Shown: positions 10,221 to 21,264, counted from the stretch's first letter. The stretch: 32,846 bases of DNA from Octopus bimaculoides (GCF_001194135.2 NC_068987.1:6404442-6437287), one strand, 5' to 3'. Notes: generated by a model not told the origin, from the letters alone. Numbers and translations are program-made.

Positions 10221-10946
10221 GAGCTACCATTNNNNNNNNNNNNNNNNNNNNNNNNNNNNNNNNNNNNNNNNNNNNNNNNNNNNNNNNNNNNNNNNNNNNN
10301 NNNATATATAGGGTGGGGGAGTATGTGTGTGTCACGGATTCAATTTGAGTTGCAGCTTTTACGAAGAATCGAGTGTCGGAAATATAGAATCTCTGTCCGA
10401 AATCCATGACCACACCAATTGTCCATGCAAAACATTTTCACTCGAGATTTTGCCCAAAACAGTGGGCGATTGCTGCAGTCACCTGACTGATTCTCAGGTA
10501 CGTCATAGTAAAATATAAGAAACAACAGAAGTCAAAGGTTAATGTATACATGACAAAGATAATGTAGAACAAGCTTACTTGGTAGAGGAAGAAAACGCGG
10601 TGATAGTAACCAAATTTGTTTACAATCGGCAAAGAAAGATAGGAGATGACACGAATACACTGAATGATTAATAACTATGCGAAAATGAGAAGTTAGCACA
10701 CGCAGTGGCATAATATGTACTTGTTGATAATAACAATGGCAAAGAAAGTGATACAAAAACGAGCAAGAGAAAGCTAGTAAAGTAACTTTTTTTCTTTTTT
10801 TCGAGAAGTACTTTTCAGGCAAGTGATTTGATCTGAGGTCGTGTGTTGAAAAAAAAATACAATTGCAGCGTGGAAAATACGCATTAACCATTCAAAAACA
10901 CCACAAAGACTATTTAAATTTATTTAGTAGATATTTACTATTTGGC

Positions 10947-10990
10947 GTCAAAACGTTTCGTCGCACCAACTGTGACCTGGTCACTGACAC
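10947..10990 (-). ncRNA. Decayed type I hammerhead-like motif
   Basis: Minus strand: GTCA GTGACCA G GTCAC-AGTTGGT-GCGAC GAAAC GT T TTGAC. The GAAA-ACGT half is intact; the CUGANGA box carries substitutions. Confidence 0.45.
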
Positions 10991-11036
10991 GATTCAACTG
11001 CATCTGGCTTGTGATGAAGTTGTTGGTTAGTATATA

Positions 11037-11180
11037 CAGGGTGCCTATGAATTATCTTTAGAATTTGGAAATTTCAGAAAAAAAAAGGATAATTCAACAG
11101 GGGTTATTGAAAAACATAGGCAAGGAAATAAAATTTTATTAGAAGCATCCAAACATTTCCACGCGGGTTCCATTACTTAC
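11037..11180 (+). mobile_element. Possible Tc1/mariner terminal fragment
   Basis: TA followed by CAGGGTGCCTATGAATTATC, typical of mariner-type TIR starts. No partner TIR found. Confidence 0.35.
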
Positions 11181-11204
11181 ATACAATAATCATTTCTCTG
11201 ATAG

Positions 11205-11297
11205 GGTACAAAGCCTGAAATTTGGAGGAGGGAATAGTCGATTACATTGACATCCGTACACAACTGGTACTTATTTTATCGATGCCGAATGGATGAA
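11205..11297 (-). mobile_element. SINE family A 3' part, cut by a gap
   Basis: GTCGATTACATTGAC...CAACTGGTACTTATTTTATCGA...GGATGAA. Confidence 0.7.
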
Positions 11298-12312
11298 NNN
11301 NNNNNNNNNNNNNNNNNNNNNNNNNNNNNNNNNNNNNNNNNNNNNNNNNNNNNNNNNNNNNNNNNNNNNNNNNNNNNNNNNNNNNNNNNNNNNNNNNNNN
11401 NNNNNNNNNNNNNNNNNNNNNNNNNNNNNNNNNNNNNNNNNNNNNNNNNNNNNNNNNNNNNNNNNNNNNNNNNNNNNNNNNNNNNNNNNNNNNNNNNNNN
11501 NNNNNNNNNNNNNNNNNNNNNNNNNNNNNNNNNNNNNNNNNNNNNNNNNNNNNNNNNNNNNNNNNNNNNNNNNNNNNNNNNNNNNNNNNNNNNNNNNNNN
11601 NNNNNNNNNNNNNNNNNNNNNNNNNNNNNNNNNNNNNNNNNNNNNNNNNNNNNNNNNNNNNNNNNNNNNNNNNNNNNNNNNNNNNNNNNNNNNNNNNNNN
11701 NNNNNNNNNNNNNNNNNNNNNNNNNNNNNNNNNNNNNNNNNNNNNNNNNNNNNNNNNNNNNNNNNNNNNNNNNNNNNNNNNNNNNNNNNNNNNNNNNNGT
11801 GGTGGTGGTGGTGGTGGTGGTGGTTTCGGCGGCGGTGGTGGTGGTGGTGGTGGTGGTGGTGTCAGTGGCAGTGGTTGTAGTAGCAACGGTACAACTGATG
11901 ATGCTAATTGCAATTAAATGACGGTTAATTAGTACTAAAGTTAATGTATCGAGCTCGCTGGTCAATTGAAAAAAAAAAAAGATTGATTCAGTTGAATATA
12001 GGTCTATCCTCGTTTATCACGGGTATTAAATGAATCAGTGATAAATGAATTATAGAACAAATGAGTAAAAGTAGTTTTCGTTCCGAGACACCAAGTTATC
12101 CCGAATATTGTAGGTGGTCGCCGAGGCATGTTTCTGCGGCACAATCACAGTCTGTGACTGATCACCGACCCATGTTATCGCAGATCAATTTCTGATAAGC
12201 GTAACACGGTTCACAATTACCCCACCGTGTTATCTCGGATTAGTGAGGAATGAATCAGAAATAAGCAAGACAGCATATAATAGGCAGAAAAGTCCGCGCA
12301 AATGTTCTGTTA

Positions 12313-13288
12313 TTTTGATGATTCTTCAAATTCCTTGAATTTTTTATTGGCATCGAAACAACTAGATTCATTTACAATTGGGAGAGTCTCCAATTTCTCC
12401 GTTTCTTTCAAATACTCTGCAAGTAGTAAGTCACCGTTTCGAGTTTGTTTTATCTTTTACTTCTCATCTTGTAAGATATTTATGGTAACCGAAAGCAGAT
12501 GTTTCTTGATTAACGCTTTGAACTTCATGCTAAATTAATTTTCCACCTCCAGAGTAAAGAGTCTATGAAAAATCTACTCCTCAGTTTTCCTGAGCGCACT
12601 TTTAGAAGGACGTGCAACTAATTCGGCATCTTGAATCTTCAAACTTCTTGGACCAGAAACATATTTAAGTAACCCTAAAATTTTCATTTGTCTCCTTGAA
12701 AAATAATAAATAATCCAGCATTCCTTTAGTGACGTTGCCAAAGGAATATTGTGCGGTTGTTAATACTTGAAAGAGACTTCAGTGGTCAAAGTCGTTCCTT
12801 CTCTTGAACAAAGGCCCTTTAGTGTCATCTCAGAAGGGACGACACACAGTGACGATGCCTTTAAAATTCCCCATTTGTTTGAAATAATAGTCTCTGTGAA
12901 TTGAATTACACTTAATGCTCTTGCTTTCAGTCAAGGATCGTCTTAATTTCTTTACAGTTAACTCGGTATTTAACAAATTCTTGGGGCATCTTATTTTTCA
13001 AACAAAGTATCCAAGCAGTTCGACTAATTTTCCTTCTTCCTTTATTTTTTTATTTTTTGCTTTTTCAGCAGAGAAGCTCTCTTGAAAGGATGGAATAATT
13101 TACCTGTTCTTGAAGTTCCAAAACGGGATTTTAAATTCTTCAATTGAACCATCAACGTCTTCAATTTCATATAAAACTTCACTGAACGCAACTATAACAA
13201 TTTCGACTTCATCATCGTCACTTCCCGTGTTCTCATCTCTTGATTCTTCAATAAAATCTTGTTTATGATGTTTAATTTGAAATCTCGT
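12313..13288 (-). pseudogene. Degenerate coding remnant of unknown identity (possibly transposon-derived)
   Basis: One minus frame runs 12930-12313 (about 206 codons) with only 4 internal stops in AT-rich DNA. Adjacent frames upstream give RRKISRTAWILCLKNKMPQEFVKY... and an acidic stretch DFIEESRDENTGSDDDEVEI. No motif recognised with confidence. Confidence 0.45.
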
Positions 13289-13517
13289 TTTTTTTTTTTT
13301 TAATTTTAATTTTTAAATTAGGGGTTTTAGCTAAATCGACTGCATGCGCTAAACATTGCTGATGTCGGAGTAAGATTTCTCTTCCAAAACCCTACCATAA
13401 CATGCAAACATAATATACTATGAAGCATACTAAATGTTTTTTGTTCTTTTGTATTTTTAAAAGTCAGTACCACTTTCTGTTACATCAGTAGAGCTTCTTA
13501 CATTATTTTTGGTAAGG

Positions 13518-13632
13518 TAAGGCGGCGAACTGGCAGAAACGTTAGCACGCCGGGCGAAATGCTTAGCGGTATTTCGTCTGTGCCTAGAGTTGAAAATAAT
13601 ATAAATTCCGCCGTGGTCGACTTTGCCTTTCT
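13518..13632 (+). mobile_element. SINE family A 5' half
   Basis: AAGGCGGCGAACTGGCAGAAACGTTAGCACGCCGGGCGAAATGCTTAGCGGTATTTCGTC...GTCGACTTTGCCTTTC. Confidence 0.9.
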
Positions 13633-13858
13633 TATTTCTTTATTGCCCACAAGGGGCTAAATATAGAGAGGACAGACAAGGACAGACAAAAGGATTAAGT
13701 CGATTAGATCGACCCTTGTGCGTTACTGGTACTTAATTTATCGACTCTGAAAGGATGAAAGGCAAAGTCTCTCGGAGAAATTCGAACTCAGAACGTAACG
13801 GCAGACGAAATACCGCGAAGCATTTCACCCGTCGTGCTAACGTTTTCAACCAGCTCAT
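13633..13858 (-). mobile_element. SINE family A, near full length, inverted relative to the previous copy
   Basis: TTCTTTATTGCCCACAAGGGGCTAAA...TGGTACTTAATTTATCGAC...GAACTCAGAACGTAACGGCAGACGAAATACCG...GTGCTAACG...CCAGCTC. Confidence 0.9.
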
Positions 13859-13923
13859 CATCTGTGATCTGTTATATTAATTCATTCCTAATGAGAAACA
13901 TTCATTAATCATATGTGGGTATA

Positions 13924-13973
<50 letters not shown>

Positions 13974-14180
13974 TCAAGGAATAAGAATACCTCTTATATA
14001 ATGTTGAGAGATGTCAGAACTCTGGGAACTATGTCAAAAATTGCAATTCTCAACAAAAACTAGTGCTTTCCACCATCCACACATTGACATCAAATAACCC
14101 AATTATTTCAGAGCTAAACAATAAACTAGTTATTGTTTTTCTTGTGAGACCTCCGAGTCAATTCATGATTTAAATAGACC

Positions 14181-14240
<60 letters not shown>

Positions 14241-14419
14241 NNNNNNNNNNNNNNNNNNNNNNNNNNNNNNNNNNNNNNNNNNNNNNNNNNNNNNNNNNNN
14301 NNNNNNNNNNNNNNNNNNNNNNNNNNNNNNNNNNNNNNNNNNNNNNNNNNNNNNNNNNNNNNNNNGAAGCCCTCCGTTTTATTTTTTATTATTTCTGGGG
14401 ATTTTGAGTGGACGCTTGG

Positions 14420-14601
14420 GTCACAACTGTTTCATTTTCTGTGCGTTACAGATGGACCCAGTGTGCTAAAATTTTGTTACCTATTCTGTAAACTGTTAAT
14501 CTCGACGGAGCTGGTCTTTGAAACTCTTCAGTTCATTTCTGTCTAACCATTTCTGCATTCCCCGTTTTCCAATACTGCTTGATGATCCACTTTCGTTCAT
14601 C
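14420..14601 (-). pseudogene. Tc1/mariner-type transposase N-terminal HTH fragment (DUF4817-like)
   Basis: DERKWIIKQYWKTGNAEMVRQK*TEEFQRPAPSRLTVYRIGNK, then after a frameshift F*HTGSICNAQK. Resembles the WIxxxYW...WxEEF..P.PSR.TI.RI..KF..TGS pattern of this domain. Confidence 0.7.
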
Positions 14602-14602
14602 G

Positions 14603-14840
14603 TTGACACATTTCCTGTGTCCTTATGTTTACAAGGGAGAGATAAGCATCTCCACCCAGCTAAGCCTGCATCCAGAGACATGTCTCTGAGTCTTTGCTCG
14701 TCATCTGTCTGGAGTAGCAATGGCCTGCTACTTGTAAACATAAGGACACAGGAAATGTGTCAAGGCCGACAGGAAGCGATGCTGCATCCTAGGGCTAAAT
14801 AGCAGTAGTATTATTCCCTCACATGGAACTGTCACATTAA
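14603..14840. mobile_element. Family D hammerhead-bearing repeat, fold-back copy
   Basis: Perfect 33-bp inverted repeat 14603-14635 / 14731-14763. Homologous to 18370-18560. Abuts the transposase fragment. Confidence 0.8.
14671..14713 (-). ncRNA. Type I hammerhead motif (family D), core-mutated
   Basis: TCCAGA CAGATGA CGAG-CAAAGA-CTCA GAGAC AT GTC TCTGGA. Helix I is a perfect 6 bp and helix III is the palindrome ACATGT; two core substitutions relative to the 18403 copy. Confidence 0.6.
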
Positions 14841-15064
14841 GTTGACAACATATAACTATTTTATATATAGATTATTTTACGCAAAATCTAATTTTGTACA
14901 GTGATATTTTATCCGAATTTTCTTACACTATTCTATCTAGTATGTGGTATTTTTAAATTCCATTTTTTTTTCAGTAGTTGTGTGGACTCTTCCTATATGT
15001 GTATAGCTTTTTAGAGAAATTACTGAAGGGTAATTTAAAATTTCACCAAAAACTTTAAAATTTA

Positions 15065-15390
15065 TTCAGATTTCCAAGTTCAATCTCATTGCGTAGCACC
15101 TTGGGCAAGTCTTTTCTACTATAGCCTCGAGCCGTCCAAAGCCTTGTGAATGGATTTGGTAGGCGGAAACTGAAAGAAGCCCGTCGTGTAAATACACACA
15201 CACATACAAACATGTGTGTGTGTGTGTGTGAGTGAGAGAAAGAGAGAAAGAGAGAAAGAGAGAGAGCCGGTCTTGGTGTGTTTACGTCCCCGAAAAATGA
15301 GTACTGGTGTCGATTCATTTGACTAAAAATTTTTCAAGGTGGTGCACCAGCATGTCCGCAGTCTAATGACTGAAACAAGTAAAAGATAAA
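15065..15390 (+). mobile_element. SINE family B, long copy with CORE-like motif
   Basis: GCACCTTGGGCAAGTCTTTTCTACTATAGCCTCGAGCCG...GGAAACTGAAAGAAGCCCGTCG, (CA)(TG) repeat, then CCAGCATGTCCGCAGTCTAATGACTGAAACAAGTAAAAGA. Confidence 0.85.
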
Positions 15391-15925
15391 AGATAAAAAA
15401 CAATAGAGCTACAAAAAAAAAACCATAAAAGACAACGATAAAAATATTTTACGTTTCAATTTTGCGTTTCGTTAATTTATGTTAATTTAAATAACATTGG
15501 AAATGTAATTTAAATAAAATAAAATAAATTAATTGAAATAAATGGAGGGAAAAAAACGAAGGAATTTATTTAACAACTCAATAAATACCTGAATATTGTT
15601 ACACGACATTTTCGCATGTCTTTTCCATTACTAATAGCAGACTGCCTACATTACTGTACACCTAAACACACACACATACACAGTGCGTAGAAACGACACA
15701 TATACATATACGCGCACACAAACTTTACCGCACGTATTATATACACGCATGCGCACACACGCACACAGTCACACAGAGGCTGCAGTAAATGTCTCTTATG
15801 ACAATTATATGTCCTCGCATTACGTTGCTTTCCTGAACACTTACTCACGGCATCTCACATTTCTATTGAATCATTTATGTATGTAAAGCATGTTTCTGCA
15901 GCTATTTTATGCATGCACTTTTTTC

Positions 15926-15971
<46 letters not shown>

Positions 15972-15981
15972 NNNNNNNNNN

Positions 15982-16027
<46 letters not shown>

Positions 16028-16124
16028 GACAAACACACTCTTTCTCTACAAACTTGTGCACCCAACCAGCCAACCTACCAACCTACAAACCTACCGACCT
16101 ATCTCCAAAACAGGACGTACAAGT

Positions 16125-16536
16125 CTACCCATGTAGCTGTGGTAAGAAGTTTGCTTCCCATCCATATGGTTCCGAGCTCAGTCTCACTGCGTGGCACCTT
16201 GGGCGAATGTCTTCTACTTTGTGGTTGGATTTGGTTGACAGAAACTGAAAAAAGCCGCGGCGAGCTGGCAGAAACGTTAGCACGCCGGGCGAAATGCTTA
16301 GTGGTATTTCGTCTACCGCTATGTTCTGAGTTCGAATTCCGCCGAGGTCGACTTTGCCTTTCATCCTTTCGGGATCGATAAATTAAGTACCAATTACGCA
16401 CTGAGGTCGATATAATCGACTTAATCCCTTTGTCTGTCCTTGTTTGCCCCCTCTATGTTTAGCCCCTTGTGGGCAATAACGAAATAAGAATCTGAGAGAA
16501 GCCCGCTGTATATAAATATATATATCCCTGGACCTT

Positions 16537-16577
<41 letters not shown>

Positions 16578-16695
16578 CGTGCGTGTGTGTCTTTGTATCA
16601 GTGTCTGCCCACCACTACTGCTTGATAACCGGTGTTGGTGTATTTACGTTCCCGTAACTCAACGGTTAGGCAAAAGAGACCGATGGGATAGGTGC
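16125..16695 (+). mobile_element. SINE family B copy interrupted by a family A insertion
   Basis: B head 16125-16255; B body resumes at about 16490 (GAAGCCCGCTGTATAT...GCAAAAGAGACCGAT). Confidence 0.8.
16256..16490 (+). mobile_element. SINE family A, near full length, nested in family B
   Basis: GCGGCGAGCTGGCAGAAACGTTAGC...GAGTTCGAATTCCGCCGAGGTCGACTTTGCCTTTCATCCTTTCGGGATCGATAAATTAAGTACC...GCCCCTTGTGGGCAATAACGAAATAAG. Confidence 0.92.
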
Positions 16696-16735
16696 CGATG
16701 ATATTTCGGAATTACAATTCCTTCTTCAGATATTC
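16695..16735 (-). ncRNA. Hammerhead-like motif with intact core and short helix I
   Basis: Minus strand: AT CTGAAGA A GGAAT-TGTA-ATTCC GAAA T AT C AT. Helix II is a perfect 5 bp and helix III is the palindrome ATAT; helix I is only 2 bp. Confidence 0.5.
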
Positions 16736-16759
16736 TTAGATGGAGTCTCTGCTATAAAC

Positions 16760-17180
16760 TGTTTTCCAACGGTAGTGCATTGTTGTACCATTCTAAACTT
16801 TTTATTCTTTACAAACAATACACAACGCTTCAAGTGAACTACAATACTCTCCTATTATTTGGGAAGTTCAAAACCAGAAACCCAAGGATTACTTATACAA
16901 TATCACTGAACTGCAGCATATAGCAATACTTTGGTAATAGATTTTGAGGCAGCCAAGGTCAACACTCTAAGAGAGGAAAAACCCAGAGTTGAGTCGTGTC
17001 CAATCTACTCCAAATGACGGAAATTGCAGCTGCAACGACTGCAGCAGGATCTACAAATCCCGTTTAGGTCAAAATTCTTACATAAGCGGCACAACAAAAC
17101 ATCGAACTAAGAACACTGTACAACTGTGTCCTACCGAACGGTCATTCATTGAAACGACAACTAAGCCTAACAGACCTGGT
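16760..17180 (+). mobile_element. Decayed 3' end of an RTE-like LINE ORF2
   Basis: Pieces in shifting frames: LLLFGK...RNPR, VIDFEAAKVNTLREEK, CNDCSRIYKSRLGQNSY. The last resembles the terminal CxxC-R-SRIGLxSH motif of RTE-type LINEs. Confidence 0.5.
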
Positions 17181-17217
17181 TCCATCCACCAACTTGGCCC
17201 TTAAATGTTCTCTATAG

Positions 17218-17502
17218 CAGGGGTTTTCAAACTTTTTGACTTGCGGATCCCTTTATATTTCAAGCTTTACCTTAGGGACGCTTATGAAATTTATACATAA
17301 ATATTTGCTTAAATTAACATATATTTTTACATTTATTTATTTAACAGTATTTACCAAATAGGTTTATTGTCAATTAAAAGATTTAGATTAAAAAACATAT
17401 ATAAAATCAAATTGCCCATAAAAAGTATTTGCTGTCCACGGACCCCCTGTCTTGTCCTTGCGGACCCCCTGTGGTCCACGGACCACAGTTTGAAAACCCC
17501 TG
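17218..17502. mobile_element. hAT-superfamily MITE (285 bp), complete
   Basis: Perfect 15-bp TIRs CAGGGGTTTTCAAAC / GTTTGAAAACCCCTG and perfect 8-bp TSD CTCTATAG (17210-17217 and 17503-17510). Confidence 0.95.
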
Positions 17503-18031
17503 CTCTATAGAGTGCATTCTTTTACAAACATTCAGAAAAACACCAATTTCGAATATTTTTCTAATTCTACAAGACAAAGAGAGGGGCTCTGGGAAAAGTC
17601 AGGAGTGATGACCTTGTCTAGACTAGGTCATGTACAAAAGAAAAAGAAAAAGAAAAAAGACAAAAACGTGTGTGGATGAAAGGGATGTTGTGGACATAAA
17701 CCAGGTCCCCAAATCTAGGAATTTAGGTAGTTGAGTGAAGCTGTCTATATTTTGATATAATGCAAAGTGACGAAAATTGAAAACTAACGAAGCCAAGTAA
17801 CCAAGCTTTTGAAGCGGCAAACATCAAAGGAAATCATCAAAGTTAGAGTTAAAACAAGATTAAACCAGCTGTGAAACAACTGTCAGGATTTTGGTTGTTT
17901 TTTTTTTTGGTTTTGGTTTTTGTCTTTTGACAAACCCTAAAATAAACCATGAAGTATCAATAACATCTGACTAATCAATAAATAATGCACACACACACAC
18001 ACACACTTGCACACGCATATACACTACCCTT

Positions 18032-18067
<36 letters not shown>

Positions 18068-18369
18068 CGTGTGTATATATATAGTTCATATTTATATATA
18101 TATATATATATTTATATAAACACACACACATGTACATATACACAGATATACCTATGCATATACAAACATACATATATCTATAGAAATGGGTGTGTATGTG
18201 TATGTGTGTGTGTGCGTACGTGTGTGTGTGTGTATGTGTGTGTATGTGTGTGTATGTGTGTATGCAATATAAATACAATAAACTGAAATCCCTCATGGTA
18301 TAAATATTAAATAAAATACATTTTCCTATTACCGAATCATAATTATGCTATTTGGAAAATAACATCCTA

Positions 18370-18770
18370 TAAATACAAGTAGCAGGCCATTGCTACGCCA
18401 GACTGATGACGAGCAAAGACTCAGAAACATGTCTAGGCTTAGCTGGATGGGGACGCTTGTCTCCCCCTTGCAAACATAAGGACACAGGAAATGTGTCAAG
18501 GCCGACAGGAAGCGGTGCTGCTTCCTAGGGCTAAATAGGGACTGTCACATTAAGTTGATGAAGAGAAATAACCCCGAAATCGCGATACACAGATATTGTT
18601 TTGAGCTGAGTGGGGATTCTAGATTCCCTTGTTCGAAAATATAAGGACACAGATCGTGTCGTATAGCCAGCTGGAGACGATGTCGCCTGGGGCTAAATTA
18701 CAGCAACATTCGTCCTAAACCAGGACTGCCATGTTATGATGTCAAACAATCTTTACTCCATACGCGGAAA
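18370..18770 (+). mobile_element. Family D repeat followed by a diverged tandem unit
   Basis: Unit 1 matches 14600-14830. Unit 2 (about 18545-18720) repeats TTCCCTTG..AAA.ATAAGGACACAG...GTGTC...CCTGGGGCTAAA. Confidence 0.7.
18397..18440 (+). ncRNA. Type I hammerhead motif (family D), core intact, helix I damaged by deletion
   Basis: GCCAGA CTGATGA CGAG-CAAAGA-CTCA GAAAC AT GTC. About 8 nt (CTGGATGC) of the 3' helix I strand present in the 14671 copy are missing here. Confidence 0.65.
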
Positions 18771-19423
18771 TCCAGAACTTATGGGAGAACGAAATAGTAT
18801 CGCTGAAATTCAACATTTTTCAAAGAATAAGAAATCGAAAATGCCCTTTAATGTTCTGAAGGCGGTATATGTTCCACAGCAAACGACCTTTGCTTCTATT
18901 AAACTGAATCGTGGTAAGGGCACGTATACGCAACCTACTANNNNNNNNNNNNNNNNNNNNNNNNNNNNNNNNNNNNNNNNNNNNNNNNNNNNNNNNNNNN
19001 NNNNNNNNNNNNNNNNNNNNNNNNNNNNNNNNNNNNNNNNNNNNNNNNNNNNNNNNNNNNNNNNNNNNNNNNNNNNNNNNNNNNNNNNNNNNNNNNNNNN
19101 NNNNNNNNNNNNNNNNNNNNNNNNNNNNNNNNNNNNNNNNNNNNNNNNNNNNNNNNNNNNNNNNNNNNNNNNNNNNNNNNNNNNNNNNNNNNNNNNNNNN
19201 NNNNNNNNNNNNNNNNNNNNNNNNNNNNNNNNNNNNNNNNNNNNNNNNNNNNNNNNNNNNNNNNNNNNNNNNNNNNNNNNNNNNNNNNNNNNNNNNNNNN
19301 NNNNNNNNNNNNNNNNNNNNNNNNNNNNNNNNNNNNNNNNNNNNNNNNNNNNNNNNNNNNNNNNNNNNNNNNGATGCACACTCACACACAGAGACAGAGA
19401 GATGTATGTATGTATTATGTATG

Positions 19424-19457
<34 letters not shown>

Positions 19458-20004
19458 TGTATGTATGTATGTATGTATGTATAGACATAGACATACACAC
19501 ACGTATATGTATAGTTAAATAGATAATCAGAGGCGGTCAACCAGGCAGATAGATAGATAGATAGATATTGAGAGAAAAGGAAGAAAAGATCATTTACAGA
19601 AACATTAAAAATTCACCGTTCCTCATTGGATGAAGATGGATTTAACCTTTCATACATCAGTGTAGGCCGAAAGAGTAATAGTCACGTGTGTATTTCGATC
19701 TGGTACGGGATGACACATGTTGCTGTCTAATCGACATTTAAAAGTGGTCATCGATATCTATGAGCTATGTCTAACATGTTGACAATTTGTGAACTCTGAT
19801 TACCAAATCGAAATCTACAGCTAAGAAAATCGATATCTAAAGATTCCTATCAATCATATTACTGTATTTATATTGTCTACAGCTATTGCTGCCTTGTCGA
19901 TACCTGAAGCCAATTTATGAAACCGACGTCTGAAGTTTCTTCTATGTCAAGTCAACATCCAGCAACGACATTTAATCAGTTGATACAAGTCTAAGAGAGG
20001 GCTT

Positions 20005-20188
20005 TTATGTAATCGCTCGACCTGCTAGAAATAGAAGCCAAATATCCCTCGAATTAAACACTCACATCTTAAAGGAATACATGAATGGATAGTGTTGTTC
20101 ACAGTACATTGCGTCTGAAAAAGTCATGATGGGCATGGTTGGAATTCCTATGATTATATTTCTCGCACGATCGCTATTCACGTGGGCC

Positions 20189-20233
<45 letters not shown>

Positions 20234-20235
20234 GC
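20005..20235 (+). mobile_element. Family E repeat with (AAC)n tail
   Basis: TCGCTCGACCTGCTAGAAATAGAAGCCAAATATCCCTC...GGGCCTAAAC(AAC)n. Confidence 0.7.
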
Positions 20236-20261
20236 AATTCTTTTTGTCTTCTTGTTTTCGT

Positions 20262-20445
20262 TTTACTGGTTACAGTCTTTCGACTGCGGTCATGCTGGGA
20301 AACTGCCTTGGAGGGTTTTAGTTGACCGTATCTACCGCAGTACTTTTTTTTTAAAGATTGGTACTAATTCTATCGGTCTCTTTTGCTGAACCATTAAGTT
20401 ATGGGGACGTAAACAAACTAACTCCAGTTATCAAGTAGTTGTGTG
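20262..20445 (-). mobile_element. SINE family B 3' part
   Basis: CTTTCGACTGCGGTCATGCTGGG...TTCTATCGGTCTCTTTTGCTGAACC..AAGTTATGGGGACGTAAACA. Confidence 0.75.
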
Positions 20446-20478
20446 GGGCAAACACAAACACAAAGACTCACATACACG

Positions 20479-20529
<51 letters not shown>

Positions 20530-21219
20530 NNNNNNNNNNNNNNNNNNNNNNNNNNNNNNNNNNNNNNNNNNNNNNNNNNNNNNNNNNNNNNNNNNNNNNN
20601 NNNNNNNNNNNNNNNNNNNNNNNNNNNNNNNNNNNNNNNNNNNNNNNNNNNNNNNNNNNNNNNNNNNNNNNNNNNNNNNNNNNNNNNNNNNNNNNNNNNN
20701 NNNNNNNNNNNNNNNNNNNNNNNNNNNNNNNNNNNNNNNNNNNNNNNNNNNNNNNNNNNNNNNNNNNNNNNNNNNNNNNNNNNNNNNNNNNNNNNNNNNN
20801 NNNNNNNNNNNNNNNNNNNNNNNNNNNNNNNNNNNNNNNNNNNNNNNNNNNNNNNNNNNNNNNNNNNNNNNNNNNNNNNNNNNNNNNNNNNNNNNNNNNN
20901 NNNNNNNNNNNNNNNNNNNNNNNNNNNNNNNNNNNNNNNNNNNNNNNNNNNNNNNNNNNNNNNNNNNNNNNNNNNNNNNNNNNNNNNNNNNNNNNNNNNN
21001 NNNNNNNNNNNNNNNNNNNNNNNNNNNNNNNNNNNNNNNNNNNNNNNNNNNNNNNNNNNNNNNNNNNNNNNNNNNNNNNNNNNNNNNNNNNNNNNNNNNN
21101 NNNNNNNNNNNNNNNNNNNNNNNNNNNNNNNNNNNNNNNNNNNNNNNNNNNNNNNNNNNNNNNNNNNNNNNNNNNNNNNNNNNNNNNNNNNNNNNNNNNN
21201 NNNNNNNNNNNNNNNNNNN

Positions 21220-21264
<45 letters not shown>

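Noticed and set aside
11997-12260. Complete Tigger-like MITE
   Set aside because: Only one TIR-like end is recognisable; no convincing partner TIR or second TA.
18736-18940. Protein-coding ORF running into a gap
   Set aside because: Only about 68 real codons, overlapping a repeat unit, with no recognisable motif.
19895-19945. CTGAAGC...GAAAC...GTC hammerhead-like string
   Set aside because: Core A9 is missing and helices I and II do not form.
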